From a virus (taxonomy: Duplodnaviria > Caudoviricetes), in IMG/VR virus record IMGVR_UViG_3300025389_001063: a stretch of 64,000 nt of DNA; one strand, 5' to 3'. The notes beneath the pieces were generated by a model. It worked only from the letters and a program-made list of their open reading frames with translations, was not told where the DNA came from and did not search any database. Shown one piece after another: positions 8,612 to 17,318 of this stretch. Position numbers and translations under genes: made by a program. How positions within the stretch are numbered: position 1 is the first letter of the stretch; every line of letters starts with the position of its first letter.

Positions 8612-9241
8612 ATGAGATATCAGTTTCCAAAGATTGAGCATATTAACGATGTGCTACCCGCTATTCAGGACTCTCCCGAATTTATTGTGGCGGAGCGTGA
8701 ATACTTCACTGTGATTAACTATTTGGTTTCACATCCGGAGACCTTTCCCGAAGTGGACGAATCTCCCGAATTAGAATATGATCTGATCGCAAAGCGTAAC
8801 GCTATCCGTCGTGAATGCCGCGGACTTATCTTCTGTAAGACTACCGGTAAGATACTTCGGAGACCGTTTTCCAAATTCTTTAATATTGGAGAGCGAGACG
8901 AAACCCAACTTCATTTGTTAGACTTCACTGGTTCGCACGAGGTCTTTACCAAGGAAGACGGTTCTATGGTAACTCCATTTGAAGTTGGTTTTGGTTCCGG
9001 TGTAATCCGTTGGGCGACAAAGATGGGATTATCGGATGTGGCTCTGAACGCAGAAGTGTTTGTGGCAGAAAATCCAAAGTATCAAGAGTTTGCCAAATGG
9101 TGTATTGCCAATCGGCTAACTCCTATATTTGAATGGGTAAGCCGCAAGAATAGAATTGTTCTCGACTATCCCGAGGATAATCTTATTCTTCTTGCTGTTC
9201 GGCATATGGAGACGGGAGAATATCTTCCTTTGAAGGTATAG
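8612..9241 (+). CDS. rnlA: T4 Rnl1-like RNA ligase, N-terminal piece (motifs I to IIIa)
   Basis: ECRGLIF, RPFSKFFN, motif I TKEDGS, TPIFEW and LILLAVRHMETGEY. The ORF stops before motifs IV and V. Confidence 0.85.
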   Translation: MRYQFPKIEHINDVLPAIQDSPEFIVAEREYFTVINYLVSHPETFPEVDESPELEYDLIAKRNAIRRECRGLIFCKTTGKILRRPFSKFFNIGERDETQLHLLDFTGSHEVFTKEDGSMVTPFEVGFGSGVIRWATKMGLSDVALNAEVFVAENPKYQEFAKWCIANRLTPIFEWVSRKNRIVLDYPEDNLILLAVRHMETGEYLPLKV

Positions 9242-9941
9242 ATCCTAAATACTTCTCTATTGATGCTAAAGACAAACAGGTTCTTCTTTTGATTAACTCT
9301 TTGTTTTTAGCATCATTAAATGTTTCTTCAGTAAGTTTATCATAATGTATATAAAACTTTTGTAAGAACTTAATACATCTACCTTTTATAAGATTTTTCT
9401 TTCGGTCCTCATTAAACTTTATACCTGTTTGACCTAATGAAATTTTGCGGCGATCTTCCTCTGTTCTTTTAGATCCTTTCCATAAGGACCGCAATTTAGA
9501 ACGAGTTTCTTCGGAAACAATTCTACCTGTATTTCTTATTATTAGTGCTTCACGGACATGCTCAGGTCGAGGTTTTCCCTTATAACGATCTTTAGCCATA
9601 CTCGCATGTTCTTCTTTAATTGCTGTATATAATTTTGAATTAAGTTTTGTAGGCCATCTATTACTCGTTGACATTCTTTTATACGCACATAACATTCTAT
9701 ATTTCGGATCACCGATAACCATTCTTGTTAATAATAGATGACAAATATAATGTTCTCTACAAGTAAGAAGAACGAGATTATCTTTAGAATTACTTCCTCC
9801 TAAAGATTTTGGAAAAATATGATGAGATTCTAAAGTGCCATCGAACTTTTTGGATCTATTTTCGGATTTGGCTTTCTCAATAATGGCAAGATACCAATTT
9901 GTATATTTGTTTGTGAGAAAATATGTGCTATAAATATTCAT
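9183..9941 (-). mobile_element. MobE-like HNH/NUMOD3 homing endonuclease inserted antisense into the RNA ligase gene
   Basis: HHIFPKSLGGSNSKDNLVLLTCREHYICHLLL and NUMOD3-like repeats. Start ATG 9941 follows an AGGAG SD; its last codons overlap rnl on the opposite strand. Confidence 0.85.
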
Positions 9942-10007
9942 GCTGTTGCTCCTATAAAGCGATAGAGTAGTTGGGAACGCCAATTCCGTGAACTACACTC
10001 TTATTTA
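9942..10007 (-). repeat. Endonuclease leader element, copy A (late promoter, hairpin, SD)
   Basis: Near-identical to 20941-21008. Minus strand reads ATAAATA-AGAGTGTAGTTCACGGAA-TTGGCG-TTCCCAACTACTCT...AGGAGCAACAGC-ATG. Confidence 0.85.
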
Positions 10008-10020
10008 TTCTCCTAACAGG

Positions 10021-10048
10021 TTGACTGCTTTAGATATGATGCTATTAT
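10021..10048 (+). promoter_or_regulatory. Early promoter dedicated to the C-terminal RNA ligase piece
   Basis: TTGACT-N16-TATTAT, then AGGAG SD, then ATG 10067. Confidence 0.65.
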
Positions 10049-10066
10049 ACATTATAGGAGATTGTC

Positions 10067-10729
10067 ATGGACTTAATCAATCAACTTTTGGAACGCATTA
10101 AAACTTTGGACATCCCTGTTGTGGCAACACACGACCCTGTTGTTGATCCAAAGGCTTTTATGGATTATGTCCGCGACCTTAAGGATGCTGAAGGATTTGT
10201 TATTGCGTGGCCTTCCGGATACCGCGTAAAAACTAAAGCAGCAGATTACCTCCGCCTCCATAAAGTTAAGGACTCGCTCAGTCAGGAAAAGAATGTTATC
10301 GAAATGCTTATTAGCGAATCAATCGATGACGCTAAACCTTTCATGAGTGCCGAAGATCGTAAGAGAGTAGAGGAGTTTGAAGATGGATTTTGGCAGAATG
10401 TTGAATATTCTGCTAAAGAGTTTGAATCTTACTTTAATAGATTATCTATTGATCGTAAGACTTGGTCTCTAGAACATATGAAAGATATGAACGCGAAGAA
10501 TCCATTTTCTTCAAACATTGTGTTCAACTTGTACAATGGTAAAAGTGCTCTCGATACAATCATTGAGATCATTACTAAAAACTTATCAACTCAAACTCAA
10601 GTAGATAAAGTCCGCTGCCTTTGGGGTGGACTTTATTGGAATTATTCCTTTGGTGAAGAACAACAAAAAGTTGCCTCTGGCTTCTTTGGCAAGTGGGCTG
10701 AACATAAACATGTGGAGCAATTACAATGA
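10067..10729 (+). CDS. rnlA: T4 Rnl1-like RNA ligase, C-terminal piece (motifs IV and V plus helical domain)
   Basis: Motif IV AEGFVI, motif V RVKTKAADYLRLH, then IDDAKPF. Confidence 0.85.
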   Translation: MDLINQLLERIKTLDIPVVATHDPVVDPKAFMDYVRDLKDAEGFVIAWPSGYRVKTKAADYLRLHKVKDSLSQEKNVIEMLISESIDDAKPFMSAEDRKRVEEFEDGFWQNVEYSAKEFESYFNRLSIDRKTWSLEHMKDMNAKNPFSSNIVFNLYNGKSALDTIIEIITKNLSTQTQVDKVRCLWGGLYWNYSFGEEQQKVASGFFGKWAEHKHVEQLQ

Positions 10730-11160
10730 TGAAGGAGAATAGAATGCGTAAGATACTTTTAACAACTGCTGTTATCGCAGCACTTGCTATTCCTGCTGCA
10801 ACACCTGCCGATGCTTGGTGGCGAGGTGGTGGTTGGGGTTATGGCGGCGGCTGGGGCGGCTACGGAATGGGTTACGGTGGTTGGGGTTACGGAGGCTATG
10901 GAATGGGGATGATGGGCGCTGCTGCTGGTGGAGCATTACTTGGTGGTATCGTTGGTGGTGCTATTGCTGCTCAAGCTGCTCGTCCAGTTTATGCTGCTCC
11001 TGCTCCAGTTTATGCTGCTCCTGCTCCGGTAGTAGTTGAACAACCTGCAACAGTAGTAGTTGAACAACCTGCCCCTGTAGTTGTTGTAAAACGTAGATGT
11101 CAAATTATGCAAGAATGGGATGCATTAGAAGGCTATGTTTACAAAAAGGTATGTCTATGA
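10726..11160 (+). CDS. Secreted Gly/Tyr/Trp-rich protein with Pro-Val repeats
   Basis: Signal peptide (A-D-A), GGWGYGG repeats, tandem PVYAAPA and VVVEQPA repeats, and a C-terminal Cys pair. Confidence 0.7.
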   Translation: MMKENRMRKILLTTAVIAALAIPAATPADAWWRGGGWGYGGGWGGYGMGYGGWGYGGYGMGMMGAAAGGALLGGIVGGAIAAQAARPVYAAPAPVYAAPAPVVVEQPATVVVEQPAPVVVVKRRCQIMQEWDALEGYVYKKVCL

Positions 11161-11254
11161 TTACTGATATAATTTATGGAATGATATATCTAGGTGAGAT
11201 TGTAGCAGTCTTCACTGTTATAATCTCAATCTACTCAATCTTTAAGGGAAACAA

Positions 11255-11398
11255 ATGAGTGCATGGCTTATAGCAGTAACGGGAACAATCTATGCCGTAG
11301 TGGCAATTGAACAATTTTTAAAAGGCAATATGTCTATGACTATAGTTTATAGTGGATATGCCTTTAGCAATATTGGACTTTATCTTCTGGCTAAGTAG
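11255..11398 (+). CDS. Small membrane protein (47 aa, not in ORF track)
   Basis: MSAWLIAVTGTIYAVVAIEQFLKG...YAFSNIGLYLLAK. Confidence 0.55.
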   Translation: MSAWLIAVTGTIYAVVAIEQFLKGNMSMTIVYSGYAFSNIGLYLLAK

Positions 11399-11446
11399 TT
11401 GACACAGTTATTACAAGTGTTATTATATACTACAGGAGACAGACAG

Positions 11447-11887
11447 ATGACTAAGGTAATTGTGTTCGATATTGACGGAACATTAGCCGATATGGAACAC
11501 CGTAGACAATGGTTTGACGGTGGAAAAAAGAACTGGAATGCGTTCTTTGCTGCTCAGCATTTGGATCCAACACACGAAGATATTGTTTGGATGCTGAATC
11601 AGTTTCACCAGAGTGGTAATACAATTCTTATCTGTACTGGACGTAACGAAGGACACAGAGAAATATCTGAAGAGTGGTTAACAAAGAACAACATCGAGTA
11701 CGATAAGATGTATATGCGTCCACTTAACGATTTCCGTCAAGATGGCGTTGTTAAAGTTGATCTGTTAGCAAAAATCCGAGAAGAATACGGTGAACCTTGG
11801 TTGTGGATTGATGATCGCAAACAGGTTGTGGATGCTATTCGTGCTGAAGGAGTTCGTGTTCTTCAAGTTTGTGAGGGCGATTATTAA
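11447..11887 (+). CDS. HAD phosphatase (T4 Pnkp 3'-phosphatase domain-like)
   Basis: DIDGTLAD, TGR, MRP..D.RQD..VK and IDDRKQVVD motifs. Start ATG 11447 follows an AGGAG SD. Confidence 0.85.
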   Translation: MTKVIVFDIDGTLADMEHRRQWFDGGKKNWNAFFAAQHLDPTHEDIVWMLNQFHQSGNTILICTGRNEGHREISEEWLTKNNIEYDKMYMRPLNDFRQDGVVKVDLLAKIREEYGEPWLWIDDRKQVVDAIRAEGVRVLQVCEGDY

Positions 11888-11920
11888 AGTAGCATATATA
11901 GAACTTGTCAGGAGAAAACT

Positions 11921-12286
11921 ATGAACAAGTTCTTAATTGCTGCCTTAATCGCCTTTACACCATATAATGCCTTTGCTAAATCTGTAGTAGAAAAAGAATT
12001 CAAACCAGATCCAGGATGTGTTACTAAGGAAGTAGCAGATAATGTTATTAATAATGGTGGTTATGAACTTCTTGTTAGAGGTATAGATCCTCAAAAGAAG
12101 ATTATAGAGTTTTGGTTCAGTGGTGCTAAACAAATGGTTATGCTCACATACGAACTACCTAAGGATGCTAAACCAGAATCAATAAAGCAAGTCTGCGTTG
12201 TAGGTTATGGTGAAAACATAGTGTTTAATGGAGATACAGTAGATCTTCTAAAGAAGGCCCTAGATAAAGTAAGCCCAAAGACATAA
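11921..12286 (+). CDS. Hypothetical secreted protein
   Basis: Signal peptide and a Cys pair. Confidence 0.6.
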   Translation: MNKFLIAALIAFTPYNAFAKSVVEKEFKPDPGCVTKEVADNVINNGGYELLVRGIDPQKKIIEFWFSGAKQMVMLTYELPKDAKPESIKQVCVVGYGENIVFNGDTVDLLKKALDKVSPKT

Positions 12287-12329
12287 GTATATTTGGTTTC
12301 CTATTTGGACTTCTACACATGGAGGAATC

Positions 12330-12554
12330 ATGTTAAATCCTAACGTCGGTGAATACTCATTGGCTACTGATCCAATGAAATATAATTTGAGATTTGCGTT
12401 TGTTTACGAAAATAATACAATTGGTCTTAGAAAAAATAACTTATCACAAAGACATAACGAACTAACTGAAGAAGAACGAAAAGAACTTTCTAATTTAATA
12501 ATTATAGAAGATTACCTCCAAAAAAGAATAAAAGAATTAAAAGAAATAACATGA
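12330..12554 (+). CDS. Hypothetical protein
   Basis: GGAGG SD. Confidence 0.55.
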   Translation: MLNPNVGEYSLATDPMKYNLRFAFVYENNTIGLRKNNLSQRHNELTEEERKELSNLIIIEDYLQKRIKELKEIT

Positions 12555-12772
12555 GTGAAGAATGGTTATATCAGGCAACTAGTACTCAAGCCGAATTAGA
12601 TATTGCTCGTAGAAAAATAGAACTCCTCGAGCAATTCTATCGTAATATTGTTGAATTAACAATTAATCATGACTTTATAGAAAGTAAAGACGGACACGAC
12701 TATGCAAGTGTTAGTCCTCAAAAATTAGGGGACTTACTTGCAAAGGTTGATCCTGAATGGTTTAAACACTAA
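12551..12772 (+). CDS. Hypothetical protein
   Basis: Coupled ORF. Confidence 0.55.
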   Translation: MSEEWLYQATSTQAELDIARRKIELLEQFYRNIVELTINHDFIESKDGHDYASVSPQKLGDLLAKVDPEWFKH

Positions 12773-12810
12773 TATAATTTGCTTCATTGCGCCGGTTAAA
12801 TATCCTTACC

Positions 12811-13392
12811 ATGAATACACACATACTTGCAATCCACGGTGCTTATAGTTCACCATTTATTTTTAACTACTTACAAAAGCAGTTACCAAAGTCTTACAAG
12901 TGGCAATTCTTTGATTACAGAGATAATCCAGAAGGACATATGGGTCCACTTATTGATCAACTACAAAAGTGTATGGTCAACGAGTGCCACGTAATTGGAC
13001 ATTCGATGGGAGGACTACTTTCTCTTTGGTTAGGTGAAAATCTAGCAGTAAAATCAATAACAACAATAGCAACACCACTAGATGGATTAGATGTAAATTT
13101 ATTACAATCAATGATGACCCGCAGTCCATTTATTAAAGAAATGGCACATGGTAGCAAGTTTATAAAATTCATACACAATCAATCATTCCTAATGCCAGTT
13201 CAACATATAGTTTCAACTAAAGGTTATAATCCATATATCTATGAAGAAAGCGATGGCGTTGTAACTATGCGTTCACAGCGTGGATGGAATATTGGCGAGA
13301 TTCACGACATTCCTGCTAACCATGCCGAAATTATGATGCATGAAGATACTGTAAAGTTGGTAAAGACCTTTATTGACACAAACAACGAATAA
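12811..13392 (+). CDS. Alpha/beta hydrolase (lipase/esterase-like)
   Basis: IHG oxyanion loop, GHSMGG nucleophile elbow, SDGVV and NH motifs. Confidence 0.8.
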   Translation: MNTHILAIHGAYSSPFIFNYLQKQLPKSYKWQFFDYRDNPEGHMGPLIDQLQKCMVNECHVIGHSMGGLLSLWLGENLAVKSITTIATPLDGLDVNLLQSMMTRSPFIKEMAHGSKFIKFIHNQSFLMPVQHIVSTKGYNPYIYEESDGVVTMRSQRGWNIGEIHDIPANHAEIMMHEDTVKLVKTFIDTNNE

Positions 13393-13406
13393 TACTATAA
13401 TGTATT

Positions 13407-13967
13407 ATGATCATTAAAGAACGTGATGTAATGGTGGACATCGAAACACTTGCCACCGGTCCAAACGCTGTCATCCTTACAATTGGTGCTTTAAGATTTG
13501 ACCCATATGGAGATGATCGTGATCGCAATGTTAAAAACATGCCTCATTTTTATTGTCGGGTTGATCCTGAAAGTTTTGATTATCCAGAGGCTGAAATCAA
13601 CAATGAAACCTTAGCATGGTGGAGTAAACAACCTCCTGAAATACAACACGAAGCATTTGGTGAAGGTGTTGAACGTTTACCTATCAAAGAAGCATTAACA
13701 CAATTCTTTGATTTTTGTAGACCACTAGATAGAATTTGGGCAAATGGTCCTGCCTTTGATATTATTATTTTAGAAACTGCTGCTAAACATGCCGGAGTGC
13801 CTGTACCTTGGAATTTCTGGCAGGCTCGAGATTGTAGAACCGTATTTCGCTTAAATCCACAAAGAGATCAAAAATCAAATAACCATAATGCCTTAGACGA
13901 TTGCTGGGTACAGACCTATAAATTACAGCAATGTTTAAAGGCATTAAATGTAACAAAGATGGACTAA
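13407..13967 (+). CDS. DEDDh 3'-5' exonuclease (phage/RNase AS-like)
   Basis: MVDIETL, WANGPAFD, RDCRT and HNALDD motifs. Confidence 0.8.
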   Translation: MIIKERDVMVDIETLATGPNAVILTIGALRFDPYGDDRDRNVKNMPHFYCRVDPESFDYPEAEINNETLAWWSKQPPEIQHEAFGEGVERLPIKEALTQFFDFCRPLDRIWANGPAFDIIILETAAKHAGVPVPWNFWQARDCRTVFRLNPQRDQKSNNHNALDDCWVQTYKLQQCLKALNVTKMD

Positions 13968-13984
13968 ATATCTAAGAGGAGCCT

Positions 13985-14167
13985 ATGGAAACCTTTGAAT
14001 TAAATGAGAATCACCAATTAGTAATATGTTTAATAATGCTTTGTAAAATGACAAAACATACTGACCCAGCGGCATATGCACAATACAAAGCACATTTAAA
14101 ACTATTAGAAGAAGCAATGATGAAGGAATTTGACGATGAGAATGTGGGAAATACACGCTGCCATTAA
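13985..14167 (+). CDS. Hypothetical protein
   Basis: GAGGAG SD. Confidence 0.5.
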   Translation: METFELNENHQLVICLIMLCKMTKHTDPAAYAQYKAHLKLLEEAMMKEFDDENVGNTRCH

Positions 14168-14345
14168 GCAAGCAGGAAACCAAAGAATCGTCAATATTCA
14201 AGTTCAAGCACCAAATCAAATTGTGGCTAAAGAATTAGCCAAGGCCCAATACGCCGGCTCAGATGTAGTTTTAAGAGGTACTCCTAGAGAAGTTAAACCT
14301 CTTAAAACAAATCAAAAAAACGATCCTCGACAATTTAAAAAATAA
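14136..14345 (+). CDS. Hypothetical protein
   Basis: Overlapping ORF with a basic composition. Confidence 0.5.
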   Translation: MRMWEIHAAIKQAGNQRIVNIQVQAPNQIVAKELAKAQYAGSDVVLRGTPREVKPLKTNQKNDPRQFKK

Positions 14346-14353
14346 ATTAATAT

Positions 14354-14743
14354 ATGATTGGTTGGATTATTCTCTCATTTGCTATCGGCATGGCTGTTGG
14401 CATGTATCTATTAATATCAGACTATTGGTTGAACGTTGTCTTAGTTCTTGACTACGTGTATGAAAAGATAGTATTATTTTCTAAGAGATGGAGAAAGAGT
14501 ATGTCTTTTAAACAAATCTATGGTGACGATCAAATTTATGTTTCTACAAATGATATATATGGTGGACAAGAATTAAGAATTACTATGAATTCCATATCTA
14601 AAGAAAATCTAAATTGGTTACAGAATTTTAGAATGGAACACGAAAAAGAAAAGAAACTTCGTGAAGAAAATATCGCAGTAAAGAATGCCTGGGAACAATA
14701 TCAAGTTGTTAAAACATTAGCACAAAAGGAAACAGTGGGATGA
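14354..14743 (+). CDS. Hypothetical protein with an N-terminal transmembrane segment
   Basis: Hydrophobic N-terminus and coiled C-terminus. Confidence 0.55.
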   Translation: MIGWIILSFAIGMAVGMYLLISDYWLNVVLVLDYVYEKIVLFSKRWRKSMSFKQIYGDDQIYVSTNDIYGGQELRITMNSISKENLNWLQNFRMEHEKEKKLREENIAVKNAWEQYQVVKTLAQKETVG

Positions 14744-14979
14744 GTGAAAGACTCTTTGATAAGTTTATCGAATCTCTAGAAGAACTTATTGATACACAAG
14801 ACGATATGTGGGAAGAAGAGAAACATGAGAATGTTCATGCTCGCCGTAAAATATATGAGGAAAGATTTATTCCAGCAAGAGACAAATTAAAAAGAACACT
14901 AGATGATTATATCGATGAAAGAATATTAAAAGGTCTTCAGAAACACGGAGTAAGAAGAACTTATACCAATCCTGAATAA
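14740..14979 (+). CDS. Hypothetical protein
   Basis: Coupled ORF, helical and charged. Confidence 0.55.
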   Translation: MSERLFDKFIESLEELIDTQDDMWEEEKHENVHARRKIYEERFIPARDKLKRTLDDYIDERILKGLQKHGVRRTYTNPE

Positions 14980-15028
14980 CCTTTTTTATAATCTGGATAT
15001 ATAATGATGTCAACATTAGGATCCAGAC

Positions 15029-15427
15029 ATGAAGAAGATTTTAATAGCAATAGCACTTTTAATTTCAACTCCAGTATACGCAACACAGATTGTAGTAGAT
15101 AAAAGAACACAAACAATGTATGTAGATAGTCCAGAAGGAACATTTACATGGAAAGTATCGACAGCAAGGAAAGGTTATAGGACACCAAGTGGAACTTTTT
15201 ATCCTTATTCGCTCCAGCCTATGCATTATAGTAAAAAGTATGATAATGCTCCCATGCCTCACAGTATCTTTTTTAATGGCGGTTATGCTATACATGCTAC
15301 TCCTCATGTGGGTGCTTTGGGTCGGCCTGCTAGTCATGGTTGCGTACGTCTATCACCTGCTAATGCCCGGACGCTATACGGAATAGTAAAGCGTGATATA
15401 GGTTACACAACAATCCATATACAATAG
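15029..15427 (+). CDS. L,D-transpeptidase (YkuD family), secreted
   Basis: Signal peptide, TPSGTF, and the HxX14-17[ST]HGC motif GYAIHAT...ASHGCVRL. Confidence 0.9.
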   Translation: MKKILIAIALLISTPVYATQIVVDKRTQTMYVDSPEGTFTWKVSTARKGYRTPSGTFYPYSLQPMHYSKKYDNAPMPHSIFFNGGYAIHATPHVGALGRPASHGCVRLSPANARTLYGIVKRDIGYTTIHIQ

Positions 15428-15468
15428 GTTGACACTGTTCATTAAGTAAAGTAATATAAGAACATGAT

Positions 15469-15544
15469 GGGGGATTAGCTCAGTTGGGAGAGCGACTGAT
15501 TTGCATTCAGTAGGTCATCGGTTCGATCCCGGTATCCTCCACCA
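15469..15544 (+). tRNA. tRNA-Ala (UGC)
   Basis: Full cloverleaf, G3:U70 pair, encoded CCA. Confidence 0.95.
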
Positions 15545-15547
15545 TAT

Positions 15548-15626
15548 CGGAGTATAGCGCAGCCTGGTTTAGCGCATCTGCTTTGGGAGCAGAGGGTCGC
15601 AAGTTCGAATCTTGCTACTCCGACCA
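15548..15626 (+). tRNA. tRNA-Pro (UGG)
   Basis: Cloverleaf, TCTGC-TTTGGGA-GCAGA anticodon arm, encoded CCA. Confidence 0.95.
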
Positions 15627-15642
15627 ACATAAAGGAAAGAAA

Positions 15643-15903
15643 ATGAGAGCAAGTCATATATTAGTTGATTCATTAGAACAGGCACAAGCAATTCTTGCAG
15701 AAGCAAATGCTTTGAATTTTGGATCACTAGCACAGCAACATAGTAAGTGTCCAAGTAAGGCTCAAGGCGGCGACTTAGGTGATTTTGGTCCCGGTATGAT
15801 GGTTAAACCATTTGAAGATGCTACAGTAGCAACTCCTGTTGGATCTATCAGCGAACCAGTACAAACACAGTTTGGATATCATTTAATTCATCGTACAGGT
15901 TAA
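15643..15903 (+). CDS. ppiC: Parvulin-type peptidyl-prolyl isomerase
   Basis: RASHILV, HSKCPS, GGDLG, MVKPFE and QTQFGYHLI motifs. The start was moved downstream of the tRNA. Confidence 0.9.
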   Translation: MRASHILVDSLEQAQAILAEANALNFGSLAQQHSKCPSKAQGGDLGDFGPGMMVKPFEDATVATPVGSISEPVQTQFGYHLIHRTG

Positions 15904-15908
15904 TTATT

Positions 15909-16040
15909 ATGAATAAAGATGAATTAAAAGGACCACATTGGACTGTATTACTTGTTATTCTTTGTGTTATGGCAATAGCAAGTTATTTTGCCTTTGCTAC
16001 AGGACTTATAGGTAATATAACAATAGTACCTAGCGAATAA
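15909..16040 (+). CDS. Small single-pass membrane protein (43 aa, not in ORF track)
   Basis: MNKDELKGPHWTVLLVILCVMAIASYFAF... Confidence 0.45.
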   Translation: MNKDELKGPHWTVLLVILCVMAIASYFAFATGLIGNITIVPSE

Positions 16041-16350
16041 GTTTTTCTCTTACAAGGTGTTCTAATAATGGATCATCTTCATATCTTATGAGAGCAAAGT
16101 CGACATGATTAATTGCTTTCTCTAAAGGAATGTCAAACCATTCACCGTTTAATCTATATCTATCAAGGTGTTTATGAATGACAGATTCTAATAGTTTTGT
16201 TTTTTTAGAATCTGTTTTTCGAAGTTCTATTATTTTTAATTTGTGAGGATGTCCAGTTTGTAGATTCTTTAATCTACGTTCTGGATTCTTGCTTATTCCA
16301 ATTTTGTATGGAGGATTTTCTGATCCAATTATATAGATATAACTTGACAT
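16030..16350 (-). CDS. GIY-YIG family nuclease (T5orf172-like)
   Basis: YIYIIG...YKIGISKNPERRLKNLQTG...E...H...GEWF. Start at ATG 16350. Confidence 0.8.
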   Translation of the reverse strand: MSSYIYIIGSENPPYKIGISKNPERRLKNLQTGHPHKLKIIELRKTDSKKTKLLESVIHKHLDRYRLNGEWFDIPLEKAINHVDFALIRYEDDPLLEHLVREKLIR

Positions 16351-16378
16351 TCGAATACTTATAAGGATATAATACAAC

Positions 16379-17089
16379 ATGCCTACAATGCGAATCATAA
16401 TACCTGCAAGAATGAAAAGTATAAGACTTCCTAATAAACCTCTAGCAATGATTGGAGATATAACACTTATCGAAAGAGTTCATCAAAAGGCTTGTGCTAC
16501 AGATTATCTTGTTACTGTTTTAACCGATAGTCAAGAACTTAAAGATCAATTTCCTAATTGGGACATAAGATTAACACCAGAAGACTGTGCTACAGGAACA
16601 GACAGAATTGCTAGTGTTGCAGATCAATTTCAAGAAGATATTCTTGTAAACTGTCAAGGTGATTTGCCATTTATTGATTCTTATCAAATTGTAGATACTG
16701 CTATAACTTTGGAAAGAACTAAAGCAGATGTTGCTACATTAGTTCATGATATGGATCTTAATAAATTAGAAGATCCTAATACTGTAAAGGCAATATGCTG
16801 TCAAGTTGCTCCAGACTTAGATCCAAAAATTATGAGAGCACATTGGTTCCTCAGAAGTTCTCTAAAATATGGATATCAACATGTTGGTGTGTATGCTTAT
16901 CGTCGAGAATTCTTACAAGTACTTTCTTCTGAAAGAACTCCGCATGAAGTAGCAGAAAATCTTGAACAGTTGAGATTCTTAGAACTTGGATATAAAATTG
17001 CTGCTCTACATACCGATCCGGTGCCGTTAGAGGTTAATACTCCAGAAGATCTCGAAGCAGCAAATAAATATTTGTATGAGATTTTATGA
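16379..17089 (+). CDS. kdsB: CMP-KDO synthetase (3-deoxy-manno-octulosonate cytidylyltransferase)
   Basis: IIIPARMKSIRLPNKPL, TGTDRI, VNCQGDLP, HVGVYAYR, AENLEQLRFL and VNTPEDL motifs. Confidence 0.9.
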   Translation: MPTMRIIIPARMKSIRLPNKPLAMIGDITLIERVHQKACATDYLVTVLTDSQELKDQFPNWDIRLTPEDCATGTDRIASVADQFQEDILVNCQGDLPFIDSYQIVDTAITLERTKADVATLVHDMDLNKLEDPNTVKAICCQVAPDLDPKIMRAHWFLRSSLKYGYQHVGVYAYRREFLQVLSSERTPHEVAENLEQLRFLELGYKIAALHTDPVPLEVNTPEDLEAANKYLYEIL

Positions 17090-17318
17090 ATTTGATATTA
17101 AGACAAAGGAATCGGGCCCAGCATCAAGATCCCTTTGTCTAAGTAAAAAACGTCTAGGAGCAAGTGATCAGTCATCTTGTGTAAGCCAAGGACTTCGTCC
17201 ACATAAGGGCGAAAAAAGTCATCTTATGGGTACAACAAGAGTTAAAGTTGCTGGTAAAAAGATTAAAGGTAAGAAGTATGGTGGTCCACTTCCTGATTGG
17301 GGTAGCCACAAAAAATAA
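17076..17318 (+). CDS. Small basic late protein (MRFYEF N-terminus)
   Basis: ATAAATA lies 5 nt before the ATG; Lys-rich. Confidence 0.6.
   Translation: MRFYEFDIKTKESGPASRSLCLSKKRLGASDQSSCVSQGLRPHKGEKSHLMGTTRVKVAGKKIKGKKYGGPLPDWGSHKK

Noticed and set aside
9241-10067. Group I/II intron interrupting the RNA ligase
   Set aside because: No P7/R-S or domain V motifs were seen. The endonuclease is antisense and fills the gap, and piece 2 has its own promoter and SD.
15475-15754. ORF-track entries overlapping tRNAs (15475-15657, 15569-15754; also 61961-62197 and 2347-2541)
   Set aside because: These are antisense shadows of structured RNA genes, with no SD and no coding features.
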